A DNA stretch of 64,000 nt from the human T2T-CHM13v2.0 reference genome, Homo sapiens: assembly GCF_009914755.1 (NCBI RefSeq), contig NC_060946.1. One strand, written 5' to 3'. The notes under the pieces are model-generated. The model was not told where the DNA came from, did not search any database, and was given only the letters and a program-made list of their open reading frames with translations. A program made the translations under genes and the position numbers. This document shows, piece after piece, positions 43,371 to 59,500 of this stretch. How positions within the stretch are numbered: the stretch's first letter is position 1; each line of letters starts with the position of its first letter.

Positions 43371-43882
43371 ATAGCATCATTTCTAAAGCATTTACACATG
43401 TCCTTAAAAATACCTTTCTTTCCAGTTTCTCTGTTCGGTCCCTCCCCTTGATGAGGAGCAGAAGGGAGAGGCCACACACCCTGTGCTTGTTTTCTTGGTG
43501 TGGGTTTCCAAAAGGTCCTAAAAAAATAATACCCTCTTCCCTCACCCAGGTTCTGAGCAAGCTGAGAAGCACCGCAGGGAGAGGCAGGTGCAGCTCTGCC
43601 CCTTTCATCGTGGACACAGGGGCCCCAAGTTGAGAGTGGGAGTGGCATCTGGAACAAGGACAGCAGCTCCCATTTAATGAGAGCCTGCCCTGTGCCCGAC
43701 ACCACAATGGGCACATCCATTCTCCACTCCACCTTTTCTCACTCCACCCAGAGCCCTATCCTCTGAGGCAAGTGCTGCCAGCTCCACTGGACAGGCAGGG
43801 GACCGAAGTTCTAAGAATTAAGCAACATTCTCGTAGCAGCCAGGTCAGGATTCAAATCCAAGTCAGTCTCAATTGAGCAAGG

Positions 43883-44193
43883 TTTTTTTTGTTTTTGTTT
43901 TTGTTTTGTTTTGGGACAGAGTCTTACTCTCTCCCCTAGGCTGGAGCACAGTGGTGTGATCTTGGTTCACTGCAACCTCCACCTCCCAGGTTCAAGCGAT
44001 TCTCCTGCTTCAGCCCCACCGGGTAGCTGGGATTGCAGGCACGCACCATCATGCCCAGCTAATTTTTGTATTTCTAGTAGAGACGGGGTTTCACCATGTT
44101 GGCCAGGCTGGTCTCAAACTCCTGACCTTGTGATCCACCCGCCTCAGACTCCCAAAGCGCTAGGATTACAAGCGTGAGCCACTGTGCCCAGCC
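43883..44193 (-). mobile_element. AluS
   Basis: TSD GAGCAA(G/A)GTTTT. Confidence 0.94.
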
Positions 44194-44339
44194 TCGAGCA
44201 AAGTTTTAAAAGTGGAATGGGTTTCCCGTTCCCAACGTAGGCTCCCCACATGGCAGCTTTATTAAACGGAGTAGATTTTATCTTTATGTATATGAAATAA
44301 TAGCATCAAGCCACTCTCCCCCTTGCTCACAATATTTTA

Positions 44340-45030
44340 GCTAAGTTGGCCCCTTTTCCATTTCTAAGACACTGCAAACTCTTTCCCACATTGGAGTCCT
44401 CTATGCTGTTCCTTCGGCTGAGATGCTTGTCCTTGCCCTCTTCACCGGCCAGGTCCCGCTCCTGCAAGTCTCAGTGTAAATGCTCCTGTTAAAGTTGTCC
44501 ATCTTGACCCCTCCCCAATTTAAATCAGGTCCTCTTGATAACCTTTTATCATTCCTGCTCATTTGTTTTCTTTCTAGAACTTACCATACTTTATTTATTA
44601 TTTTTCGAGATGGAGTTTTGCTCTTTTTGCCCAGGTGGAGAGCAATGACCTGCCCTCACCTCACCAAAACCTCTGCCTCCCGGGTTCGGGATTATCCTGC
44701 CGCAGGCTCCCAAGTAGCTGAGATTACAGGAGCCTGCCACCACGCCTGGCTAATTTTTTTGTATTTTTAGTAGAGACGGGGTTTCACCATGTTGGCCAGG
44801 CTGGTCTCGAACTCCTGACCTCAGGTGATCCGACTGCCTCAGCCTCCCAAAATGCTGAGATTACAGGCGCGAGCCACCGCGCCAGGCCTATGCTTTGTAA
44901 TCATATAACGTGTCTTGTTATTTTTGTGACCTGTGTTGCCCTCCTTTACGAAGGCACAGGCACATCTGTTTAGTTCCTGGCCACGTGGGCACCTGGCGCT
45001 GAGTACTTACTTGTCCGTGCTGATTGATGT
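44340..45030. mobile_element. L2 fragment interrupted by an antisense Alu (44590-44888)
   Basis: tgctgttccttcggctgagatgc...aagtctcagtgtaaatg L2 pattern on both sides of the Alu. Confidence 0.65.
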
Positions 45031-45505
45031 CCTCCCCCAGCCCCCATCTTCTTTTCAGAAGTTTCCTCTTTCTGCTCCGAGAGGGGCTGAGCCAGCCGTG
45101 GCTCCCTTCCATCCCGATTCCAGTGGAGACAAGCCGGGGAAGTTTCTGGGAGCTGCGCGGGTGAGCAGAGCTGAGACCCGGCATGGCTGTACTGGCTGGG
45201 TCACTGCAGGGTGACTGGCGGCTCGGCTTGATAACACGTTTACCTGAGTCATCTTTGGCAAAGGTTACCAGGCTCCAGGATGGAACACGCATGGGGGAAA
45301 TGCCTCTTCCGTGACACGCCCACCTCGCTCTAAAGTGAGACGAGGGAGGGAGGGCGCGGCTGCCAGGTAATGAAGTCTAGAGTTTACTAGAGTTGAGGGA
45401 TTGATGTGTTGCGTATGGGCTGGGTCTCATTTCCAGGAAGCTCAGGACAAAACCCTGTTCATGTTAGAGGGCTTTGGCCAAATTCTGTCCTGTGTGTTTG
45501 GGTGA

Positions 45506-45883
<378 letters not shown>

Positions 45884-46094
45884 TAAAATTTCTATTTGAC
45901 AGATGAGGAAATGGAGGCCCAGGCCTCGCTGCACTAAGAAGAGGGCTCTGGATCCTGACCCAGGTCTGGGTGAAGCTCAGGCCTCTTGACTTAGGGTGGA
46001 GGTATAAACAGGGTAAACAGGTAAAAACAAGCGAAACAAACAAAAAAAAAGCATAATCACTAATGCCATTGAAAAGAATTACTTAAGACTTTGA

Positions 46095-46519
<425 letters not shown>

Positions 46520-46993
46520 TCACTTATCTGCAGCTCACGGGCCACGTGGATTTCAACGCAAGGGGGTGGCACCGGTCTTTGCTTATGCTGGGTGGGTGTC
46601 ACTCTGGAATTCCTTTCCTGGGACTGCATAAAACAAACAAACCCCCAAACCTCTAATGAAATGGGGTATAACAAATCAGTGAAGGTTCTGCAGAGAGGCG
46701 GATGATCGCGTCTGTAAAATATTTCCAGAAACCCTGGCAGTTCCTGATGCACGTGATGGGAACACTGCCTCGGTGGGTGACCGTCCCTTTGCCGCCTCAC
46801 CAGAATGAACCTCCGAGTGCCCCAGGAGCCACTCGAGGACGATGAGAAGGTAAACTGACTCACTTCAGCGAAACAGATTTGTGGCAATCATGTTGCGGCA
46901 GTAATTACAGTTTATGGCAGGAGATACACACTTAGCAAAAATAAATACAAATAGCACGACTCATGTGGTGGCAGCCTTCACTCTGGGGCTGGC

Positions 46994-47298
46994 TTTTGTT
47001 TGTTTGTTTATTTGTTTTTGTTTTTTTTTTTGACAGAGTCTTTCTCTGTCGCCCAGACTGGTCTCGGCTCACTGCAACCTCCACCTCCCGGGTTCAAGTG
47101 ATTCTCCTCCTGCCTCAGCCTCTTCAGTAGCTGGGATTACAGGCATGCGCCACCACGCCCGGTTAATTTTTGTATTTTTAGTAGAGTTGGGGGTTTCACC
47201 GTGTTGGTCAGGCTGGTCTTGAACTCCTGACCTCGTGATCCACCTGCCTCAGGCTCCCAAAGTGCTGGGATTACAGGCATGAGCCACCACGCCAGGCC
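46994..47298 (-). mobile_element. AluS with a small internal deletion
   Basis: cccagactgg|tctcggctc. Confidence 0.93.
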
Positions 47299-47648
47299 TT
47301 TTCTTTTTTCTTTTTTTTTTTTCTTTTGTGATGCTAGTATAGCTGTTAGAGGCACATTGAATAAAATTCACAACATCTCTTTAGGGAGAGGCAGCACGTG
47401 TCCTTTGCAAATAGCTCCAAGTCGGTAACCTATCAAAGCAGGGAGGAGATAAACCTGAGCTCAGGCAGCCACTGGCTTGATAGCCACGTGGGTTTGGACA
47501 GGTCACTTTAACTCTCTGAGTCTATTTCCTGGTAGATAAAGTGGAACTAATAATGCCTGCCTCACACCATGGTTATTATGTGAATTAGAGAAACCATGTG
47601 ACAGTCCCCAGCCTGGCACGGGGTAGGGGCTTTGAAAATGCAAGCTGG

Positions 47649-47963
<315 letters not shown>

Positions 47964-48876
47964 CTATCTCTGTGTGCAATCACAACCATTGCTATAATTT
48001 ACTGTGCTCTCTCCATTTTAACTATTGGTGTGGGTCTGCACCATAATTTCTACTGAGAACCTCCTAGATTCTGGGCAAGAGGCAAGCAAATGACATCTTA
48101 GGGAGGTTAAGGGACTTGACCAAGGTCACAAAGCTGGTAAGAAGCTGAGCTGGAATTAAAAGAGTTTCTTTTTCTCCCTCGGTTCCTCCCTTGCTCTGTC
48201 CTTTCCTCACTCCCTCCCTTCCCTCTTCCCTCCCTTCCTTCCTTGTTTAAATACCCCTCCCAAAGTGTTCATGACGTCAGCTTTTTGAAGGGCCACCTTT
48301 CAAGGTAGCAGTTGTCAAGTAAACCATTATTGTAAGGGCTGTCCTCTCTGCCCGCCCTCTGCTGTCCCCGCCCCCTCCCTGCCACCTCCTGCCATCACCC
48401 TCTCTCTCCCCAGAAGTCAGGGGCCATGCAGATATTCTGGGGAAGCCCCCGAGGCCACTGTCAGGCAGCCTACACTAGCTCGGCTAGCCAGGAAATGTGA
48501 CCTCACAGCAGCAGTCCCCTTGTGAATTATCTCCTTCCCCGACCATGCACTGTTAATCTCACCGCCTATCCACACCACCTCTGAAGGGTCTGCGGGGAAA
48601 ATTGAGCCATGTGGGCTACTTAGTAGCTACAGGGAGAAGCGCGGCCCTGAGCAGCTGGAGGATTATGTATGGGCTTGTTGACTTTGCTTTGTCCTTGCCC
48701 TTGCTCGCCGGTTGTCCCCATTAAGCTGTGAACTAGGCGGTAGGATGTGAACGTGGTGAGGGCCTCACATCCCTCCATTGGCTCATCCAGCAGCGTGTGT
48801 CAGCAGCCAAGCAAGGGCTCTCATGAGCCATAGTTTAATGGATACACCTGAGGTTCCCATTTTAAAAATGTTTTCA

Positions 48877-49180
<304 letters not shown>

Positions 49181-49532
49181 TTACATTAAATAAAAATGTT
49201 TTCGAGAGAGGAAGCAGGGGGATGAAGTGGGAGAACGCGCTGGCGGTCGCCAGGGAAATGGTGCTGGCGGCTGGAAGAAGAGAGGCAAGGGGGAGAAGTG
49301 AGCTGAGCCACCACCCAAGGCAGGTGCAATCAACAAAGCGGGCCATCCAACAAGTGCGGATTGTGAGTATCAGGACCCGAGACTCCCATGTGGGCCGGGT
49401 GGAGTGCCGGACAGGTGACTGCTATAACCACGACTGGGAATTAAGAGAGGCGCACACATCATCTCTTTCAGTGTCACAAGAACCCCAGAGGTGGCCCAGC
49501 TGAGGGGGGCAGTATTGATAAGAATGGGGTTT

Positions 49533-49840
<308 letters not shown>

Positions 49841-50718
49841 ATAATGGGGTTCACCGTGTCAGAGGAGGGATGCACAAGCCCGAGTCGACCAGGAGAATCC
49901 AAGTGAGTCTGGGGGTTGCAAAGATCACCAGGACCCCGAGAGAAGCCGACAAAATGAGCAGAGGAAACTGCAGATTGTTTACCCTCTGGGGGTGCCGAGG
50001 GATGCTGTGGTCTCCCAGACAGCCAAGGAAGGAGGGAGCCCGCCCTGCTCTCAGTTGCCCTGGCAACGCAGCCAGCCTTGGTTCAGGGAATTAGAATGAA
50101 AAAGCTGCATGCAAATGAGGTAAATTGCAATTAGGGGGGAAGAGCAAACACTTGGCCTGTTCTTGAGGCCGCACTAGGGAGGTGTCCAGGAGGTATTTGT
50201 GCAGCAAAGAATGAGGCCGCAAAAAGAAGAACTCACATTGCATAAAAGCCTACACCAGGCCCAGGGTGCCCAGGGGTCCCTTGGGTCCTGGTGGATCCCC
50301 CGCTTAATGTTGGTGGTGGTCAGATGTCTGGTGAACGTCAGGAGTCCCACGGCTGCCCCTGACCAGTATAATGCCTGCTGCAGAGACCAGAGGGAGCAGG
50401 ATCAGCTGTCAGCACTACCAGAATTATCTCCTTCTTACAGATGAGAAAGCAGAGGCTTGGAAAGAGTGCACAACTCACCCAAGCTCACACAGCTGGTGAT
50501 AAATTCAAAAGTCAGATTCCAGACCCCTCAACCATTCACTCACTAAGAACCCCAGGGGACTGGGCATCTGCCCTCATACCAAAAACAAACAATTCTCTAA
50601 AGATGAACCCCCCATATTCTGACAAGTATTCTGCTACCCACCTCGTTGCTCCAAACTGAAACCCACCAATGCAGCCCTGCCCACCTGTATCGTTAATGAC
50701 TTTATAAAACATGAGGGA

Positions 50719-50850
50719 GGGCCAGGGACCATGACGCACGCCTGTAAACCCAGCACTTTGGGAGGCTAAGGCAGGAGGATCAATGGAGAACAGCCTGGGC
50801 AACACAGCGAGACCCCATCTCTATAAATAAACAAAGTAAACATAAAATAA
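50719..50850 (+). mobile_element. Alu monomer (FLAM-like)
   Basis: Single arm plus A tail; TSD-like TAAAA..TGAGGGA. Confidence 0.85.
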
Positions 50851-50918
50851 AATGTGAGGGACAACCAAGGAGCATTGGACTTTGAGGAATGCCTCTGACA
50901 TTCAAGGTGAAAGTAAAG

Positions 50919-51235
<317 letters not shown>

Positions 51236-52235
51236 CTAAAGTAACAGAGAATTAAGGAAATGCATGAGAACTTCAAAAACAACCACCACAAAGACCTCTA
51301 ATCAGGATCCTTAGAAAGACTGGAGAAGATGCTGTATTCGTAAACCAAGAACTGACTACTCTGAGAAAGGAACGTTCTGAAAACAGGAGAGAGATCCTGT
51401 CTCCAGTGATCGGCAGAGCAAGAAATAAAGGAATACGTATATTGCCAAAAGAGAAGGAGGCACAACAAGAGGACAAGAAAAGGTGTGGGGAGACGGAAAC
51501 TCCCAGCAGAGGAAGGCGCAGGAGCCGGGATTTCTGGGCAGTGCCTGCGGTCCCTGGTGACTGAGCGGCCAGTCCTGCAGCAGCGGCTCACCTGCCCCAC
51601 CCCCATGCCACCCCTGCCGGAGGAGTGCCCAATCTGTCCTTTCCCCATGGGTCAAGAGGCAAGTTGTCTATTGTTCCTCTGGCTAACCCTACCTTGAAAG
51701 TGATTCCTTATCCCCCAGAGCAGGCAATGGAAAAAGAGAAGTATTGTGCTCTGGTCCGAAGCCTGCATTCCCTTCTGTGGGGGCGGGGGAGACAGGGTTG
51801 GGGGGGTGCCAGTGTTTATTTTCCTAACCGACAGATAGCCCGGGATTATGACCTAACTTCAAACCACCCAAGCAAGAATGTGCTTCTATTGTTTTGTCTT
51901 CAGAAGCCACCTTAGTGTGTAGTGCAGGGTCGACCCTGGAAAATAGAAATCATGGAAACTAAGACGTGATGAGGGACTGGGCTGATAAATAGCTCGGAGC
52001 CGGGCAGGAGCCAGCTAATCACTGCTGCAGAGAAGCAACAGCTCTGATTCCCCTAAGTTAACCCAAGCTGGAGGAATGCTGACAGTACGATCTGCCTGGC
52101 CTGGGACGGGGATACCAGGTCACTGGGATGAAGACAGGCAGGGCTGGGCAGTCAAAATCCTACAACACAGATAGCCCCCAAGTGCAGAGAACTCTAGAGG
52201 CCACGCCTGCAGATACAAACAGGATGGAGCCACAC

Positions 52236-53226
52236 TGGTGGACCAAGATGCTGTCCTGTGACCCTGAGACCCTGAAGCCGGAAGGATTGTCTTAGATTCC
52301 CAAAGGGCAGCTGCTTCTCAAAGGGTTACTACTGTCATCCGCCCTTGGTCAAGGGCATCCTTAGTGAGGGTGGGAATTTGAAGAAGCAGTCACATTTTGT
52401 GTATTTGTGTTTGTCTTTCTCATCCTTATGTCACAGAGCATCCACTGAGCTGAAAGTGAAAAAACAATCGTGTATGCTTTGAAGTCACAGAGACTTGGGT
52501 AAAATTCCTGCTTCTGCCACATACTGGCTGTGTGATCCGGGATCAATCCCTGAGGCTTGCTGAGCTCCAGTTTCCTTGTCTGCAAATGGGAGAAGTTACT
52601 TTTTTTTTTTTAGACAGAATCTCGCTCTGTCGCCCAGGCTGGAGTGCAGTGGTGCTATCTCCGCTCACTGCAACCTCCGCCTCCCGGGTTCAAGCCTCCT
52701 GAGTCGCTGGGACTACAGTCGTGTGCCACCATGCCCAGCTAATTTTTGTATGTTTAGTGGAGATGGGGTTTTGTCATGTTGGTCAGGCTGGTCTCAAACT
52801 CCTGACCTCAGGTGATCTACCCGCCTCAGCCTCCCAAAGTGCTGGGATTACAGGCGTGAGCCACCACACCTGGCCGGGAAGTAATTTTTACACTGAGGTG
52901 AGGCTCAAGCAAGTCTCCCCTCCTCAAGGGAAGGCTCTGTTCTTGATGGGTCCCTGTTCTTATACCCTTAATGCCTAACGGAAGCACTCCTTCAAGACAC
53001 AGTTTAATCTTCCTAACTTGGTGGACCAAGATGCTGTCCTGTGACCCTGAGACCCTGAAGCCGGAAGGATTGTCTTAGATTCCCAAAGGGCAGCTGCTTC
53101 TCAAAGGGTTACTACTGTCATCCGCCCTTGGTCAAGGGCATCCTTAGTGAGGGTGGGAATTTGAAGAAGCAGTCACATTTTGTGTATTTGTGTTTGTATT
53201 TCTCATCCTTATGTCACAGAGCATCC
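52236..53226. repeat. 208-bp direct duplication (52236-52443 and 53019-53226), 575-bp spacer
   Basis: 207/208 identity by manual comparison. Confidence 0.96.
52599..52876 (-). mobile_element. AluS with a small internal deletion, next to a MIR
   Basis: gggttcaa|gcctcctgag. Confidence 0.93.
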
Positions 53227-53497
53227 TTGTGTGGTGCCAACACCCTTGTGTGGTGGGTATCATGGGCGATACCACTGCCAGGTGCTTTAAAGGCAGCAGC
53301 TCGTTCGATACTGACACAGCCCTCTCAGCTAGGATTTCTTTGCATCATCTCCTTTTGCTGATGGGGAAACTGAGGCTCAGAGAGGTTGTGTAATGGAGCC
53401 AAGGTCACATGTCAGCAACAGCAGCAGAAATTGCTGGCAGAGAACTATGTTCAGACTCCCTTCCCTTCACCTCTGTGCTCTAGGGCCTCAGAATATG

Positions 53498-53781
53498 TTT
53501 TTTTGTTTGTTTGTTTTTGTTTTTTTGAGACAGGGTCTCGCTCTGTCACCCAAGCTGGAGTGCAGTGGTGCAATCTTGGCTCATTGCAGCATCCAAGTCC
53601 TAGACTCAAGTGATCCTCTACCTCAGCCTCCTGAGCAGCTGGGACTACAGATGCACACCACCATACCTGGCTAATTTTTGTATTTTTTTTGTAGAGACAG
53701 GGTCCTGCTAGATTGCACAGGCTGGTCTCTAACTTCTGGCCTCAAGTGATATTCCCACCTTGGCATCCCAAAGTACTGGGA
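53498..53781 (-). mobile_element. AluJ, 5'-truncated
   Basis: Antisense dimer. Confidence 0.9.
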
Positions 53782-53807
53782 AGAATACTTTTGAAAATGA
53801 ATCTTCT

Positions 53808-54127
<320 letters not shown>

Positions 54128-54444
54128 TTAGTAACTGGATTATTAAGAAAAAAAGAGAAGGAAAGAAAGAGAGAAAGCCACAGGTAAATAAATGACTTTG
54201 GAACTCATCCTGGGGGATAGGGGCTCAGCAAAGATCTCCAAGCCAGGCTCCCATTGTGCTCACAAGAAAACTCTGTAGTTAGGTCTCCAGTAGGTACTGA
54301 TTGCAATGCAAACAATTACAAGCTGTAAACGGCCTCTGCTCAGGGGAGAGGTCCAGGGATCCCCCCATGCATGCATGCATCACTAGGAGCTATGTAGAAA
54401 TGTTTCAGATCCCTTCTCTACATGAACTTAACCCAGTCAGATGA

Positions 54445-54805
<361 letters not shown>

Positions 54806-56169
54806 TAAGCCCTTCGGAATAGGATCAAACCAATCCAGCCATTGGAGTCTTTCAAAGATGACACAGATGTGAGGTGAGTTTCGTAGAATCACAGCCTCGG
54901 TTTAGAAGCTGAGGCTGTGGTTGACTCTAGGAGCTTCTAAGGCCTTATTTATTTGTTTAGTGGCTGGAAGGTCAGATGGGGATGGGGAGAACCCTGGGTG
55001 ATGTTTTCCGGAGAGGTGGACAGCTGTATTTCAGTCCCGCCCACCTCTAGCCAGCTATTATTCCCTGCTCATTTGCCAGGAACCTAGCTGCATATAGGCT
55101 GTCCTGCTGGGGGAACAGTTTTACTGGAAAAAAAGTGCCCGTCACATTTTTTACTGGAAAAGTTGAGAGGGTGGGAGGCAAGACTGGCTGGTTTCAGGTT
55201 CCCATCCATGCACTCAAGGCAAGCTGGGCTCACAAAAGCACCGCTCCCTCAAAACCCAGGGCAGGTTTTAGACCAACAACAGCCGAGTTTGGTTAAAAAC
55301 GGTGGAAAATATTGGTGCTTTCTCATGGTTTTGGCCCCCGATCGAGTTGATGCCACTCCAGAGGTTCTAGCATTCCCAGTCTACAACTGCAGATTCTCAG
55401 TTTCTTCCAGAAAACAAGACGCCTCTCAACCAGCAAAATTGGTCATTTTCAATCTCGGTTTCCTTCTTGCCATTGCGTAAGTCCAATCTTGTTAAACCTA
55501 CGAAGAGTGAGGGTCAGAGCCGTGTACCCCTAATTATATTCCCAACACTTACAATCAGCCGGCTGATGTGTAGTTAAGAAGCACAATCTTCATTGGCTTT
55601 TACAATTATCAGGAGAGGAGCAGATGGAAGTCACGGGGCAGGGCAGTTTTCTGAGTCTGGTGAATTTTGCTGATATGAGAAGGAAAGTGATAGTTTTAGA
55701 ATCAGAAATTTGCCATAGAACAATGTCTTCTCTCCTGACCTCTGCACCTGCCAAGGCCCTGCTCCACCTCTGTCTTCTGTGTCCTGAGGAAGCCTTTCCA
55801 ACCCCTTTCAGGATGAATGAACCCCCTCTTCTGTGCTCTCATCTCTTTTCTAGACCCCCAACTCATTGCTGCCTGAATAGCTCCATCCCACTAGACCAGA
55901 GACTTCCTGAGGCCAAGAGCTGTCCTACCCGCCGAGGACACCCTCATTTGCTTGAATGAATAAGCAAACGGCTCCTTCCTCCAGCCATCCCAGCCACTAA
56001 GTTTCACCTTGACCATGACTGGTGCTTCTCAGACCCAAACAAAGTAGCTACTGCAGGAAAGGGAGCCCCTGTAAAAATGAAAAGATGTTCATTAACATGG
56101 GGGAACACCTGTTTGACCTCCCAGTTTTCTGCTTGTTGGAAAATATTCTAATTTTTCCTCAGCAAGTAG

Positions 56170-56525
<356 letters not shown>

Positions 56526-59500
56526 AATTTCTTTTATAATCTGTCCCCAAAAAGGAAACTTACAAAATCCTCTTTAAAGAATATTCTCCACAGCAGCAGC
56601 AGATGAAAGAAAATGTTATTGAGTTGGGCGTGCCTTAATCACCATTCACTCTACTCTTAGCCATCTATATTTGTCTGTCTGCCCGATTCCCTTGTAAGTA
56701 TTTGTACTAAGGAAATTTGACTTGCTGCCACTTGAGGTATTGTGGATAAGTGGCCTTTTTAGTTGGCAAATCCAGAACTTTCCATCGTCATCAACCCACA
56801 CTTTGTGAGCTCCTATTAAGGAGTAATCTCCTTGCTCTACTATGGTCTTGTACATGAGCAAGGAGATTACTAAAGTTTTTAAAGTCAGCTAAGAAAATAA
56901 ATCAACATTTTTGTTTGTCAGTAAGAGGTTGATGGCATATATATTTATTGCATATATATGTGTGTGTGCACATACACATATGTACATAAATGACACACAT
57001 GGTGAAAGCAATGTTATTTGGTTAAGACTAAAGGCATTGTTGGGAAGGGAGGTGGGGAATTAGATGTTGATACAGTAGGTGTTTCAAATGTCGGATTTCA
57101 ATGGTAATGGGAAGGAAAAGAAAGAAGAAAAATGGCTCCTTAGAATATATCAATTCATCATTTCCCATTTGCAAACATTGAAAAAAAAATGAGAGAAGCT
57201 GTATGTCTTTCCTTGAGAGCTGCCTTTTAGCTCCCAGAGAGATGGAGTTTGGCTGATGTCAGGGTTTCTAAGGAAACGATGTATGCTTATGAATAGCAAA
57301 GCAAATAGACATATAAAACGCAAGTAAATCATTAATTGATTAATATTATTATTGATGGGATCTGGAGAGACTTACATATTCCTTCTTTATTCCAAGCTCT
57401 CAAAAGTTTTCTTTCATCGCAAAGCAAACACTCAGAAGGCCACTTTATGGATAATTATTCCCTCTTTGCTCCACACTCTAGAGACGAGGAAGGGCTCACT
57501 CTTGGATTTTAATGGATCAAAGAAAATGGTAAGCCAGGCAAGAGAAGTGTGCTTCATGTTTTCTGTCTTTTTTTAAAACTGATGGCTGTGGTTTTTGAAG
57601 AGAATGGAAAATGCATTAGGGATAGTTTGACTTAAACACGAAGCACCTTTTGGTTTCACAAACAGATTTGAGTAGAGGCTGAGTCACATCTTCTGACCCA
57701 TGATTATGTCTGTTTCAATGGTGCCTTTCTCAGTGGCTGGATTCCATGGCGGACGGGTAGGGCCAGGAGGAGGTGCTGAGTGGTGCCAGGTGCAGGGTGG
57801 CGCAGTGTGGGGACGGCAAAAGGTGAGGGAATCCAGTATGCGCTGATGGAAAGCAGAGGGGGACGCCAGCCCAGTGGCCAGATGAGGCCGACGCACCCCC
57901 GGGAGGCCACGGTTGCAACACGAGGGTGTGTCCCAGCTTCCTATTAGTGAGTCAGCATTTCCTCCTCTGGCGCCCAACAGCCCTGGGGTCGCTGTGGAGG
58001 TTAGGGAGAGGTGAACCGTCCCGTCTGGATGATCCTTGTTTGCCTCTGGCCCTCCTTGTCAATCCAGACCACGACCAAGAAACCTTCCCTTCACATTGCG
58101 TCCTCCTCCCCTTGGCACTGCAAGTGCCCAACCTGAAATGTGTCCATGATCACTGCTATCCAGGAAGTGTGCAGTTGGAGACCAGCCCTCTCCCGAGGCC
58201 ACACCTGGAGTAGCAGAGAGGGCAGACAGAGAACATGCCCTGTGCAGAGACCTCTTGGAGTTGCACCTGCCTTGCTGTGTGACCTCAGCCAGCCACTTAA
58301 CCTTTCTGTGCCCTGGCCACCAATCCCCTCACAGCACCCCCCTCAAAGGGCTGCTGAGGGCATGCCTTTGCGTGCGCCGCTCCTATTCTCACAGTGAGGG
58401 AAGCAAGGGCCAGGGAGACAGCGTCTTGGTTGGCAACAGGTCCAGCTTCTGGCCCCAGCTCTAGATACTGTGGGTGCCCTCAGAGCCTCCACAGGACTTT
58501 CAATGAGAGGGGTGCCTCATCCAGCCCACCCCTACATGTAGGCCAAGGGGATAAACTATCTCACATCCCCCACGTGGCGGCCCCTTTCCTCCACGGAGCT
58601 TGCTCAGGGAGGGACTCAGTGCCCGTTTGTTGATTGGATAAGGTTGGTCTGCGCAGGGAGGTGCTGTGCTGCAGGAAGGTGAGAAAAACCACAGCCTGAG
58701 AGCTGTGAGCCCCAGGGGCCTGGAGCAGGAGGCGGGAGCAGAGGAGAGGGCAGTTAATTCTGTTGGGGGTCGAGGGACAGGAACCCAGGACAGCTTCCTG
58801 GAGGTGGCTTTTGAGGTGGGTCTTGAAGAATGCACAGAAGCTTGGCAGAGGCTCAGAAAGCCAAGAGGGCAAAGCCATGGAAGTGTGGGGAGGCAGAGGG
58901 TGCCAGGGGTGCCGGCTGTCCCAGGACAGCAGCCAGGAAGGGGGTCTCTACTCCTTTCTCCTCCTCCTGGTGGACGATCTCAGACCCTGTAGGTCCCAGG
59001 AGGGGAGGGAGAAGCTTGATTCTCTGAGCCTGAGGTCTCTGAGGGCAGACCCTGTGCTACCCTCCTCACACCCTAGGAGCAGGTGCCAGTCTGGGAAGCT
59101 CTGAGGGCTTTTCCTTTTCAGAATGGGTGGGGGTGGCTATGTCTCAGCCTTCACAGTTGATCAGTGACACAGACCCTAGGCCTGTGGTCCCTGGTCAGGA
59201 AGTTGTGCTGGGGGCAGGGAGGGGCCTGCCCTCAGGTGCTGGTTGGCCTTGGTGGAGAGTGGGGAGTGCTAGGGGCTGGGAAGACTCCCCTGGGTCCCAG
59301 AGGGAAGGGCTGTGGAGGTGCTTGACTTTCCCACCTCATTGTGATGCGTCCAGGTGTGAGATACACGCACCTAACTACCCCTTTGAAGGGATAGGGCTGG
59401 CAACTCGCAGGCCTCAGAATGAGGGCACACAGTAGCCCTAGGGTCAGCTGGGCCCTTTGTCTTTGTGGCAGCTACACTCAGCCTGAAGGGCAGCCAAGCA

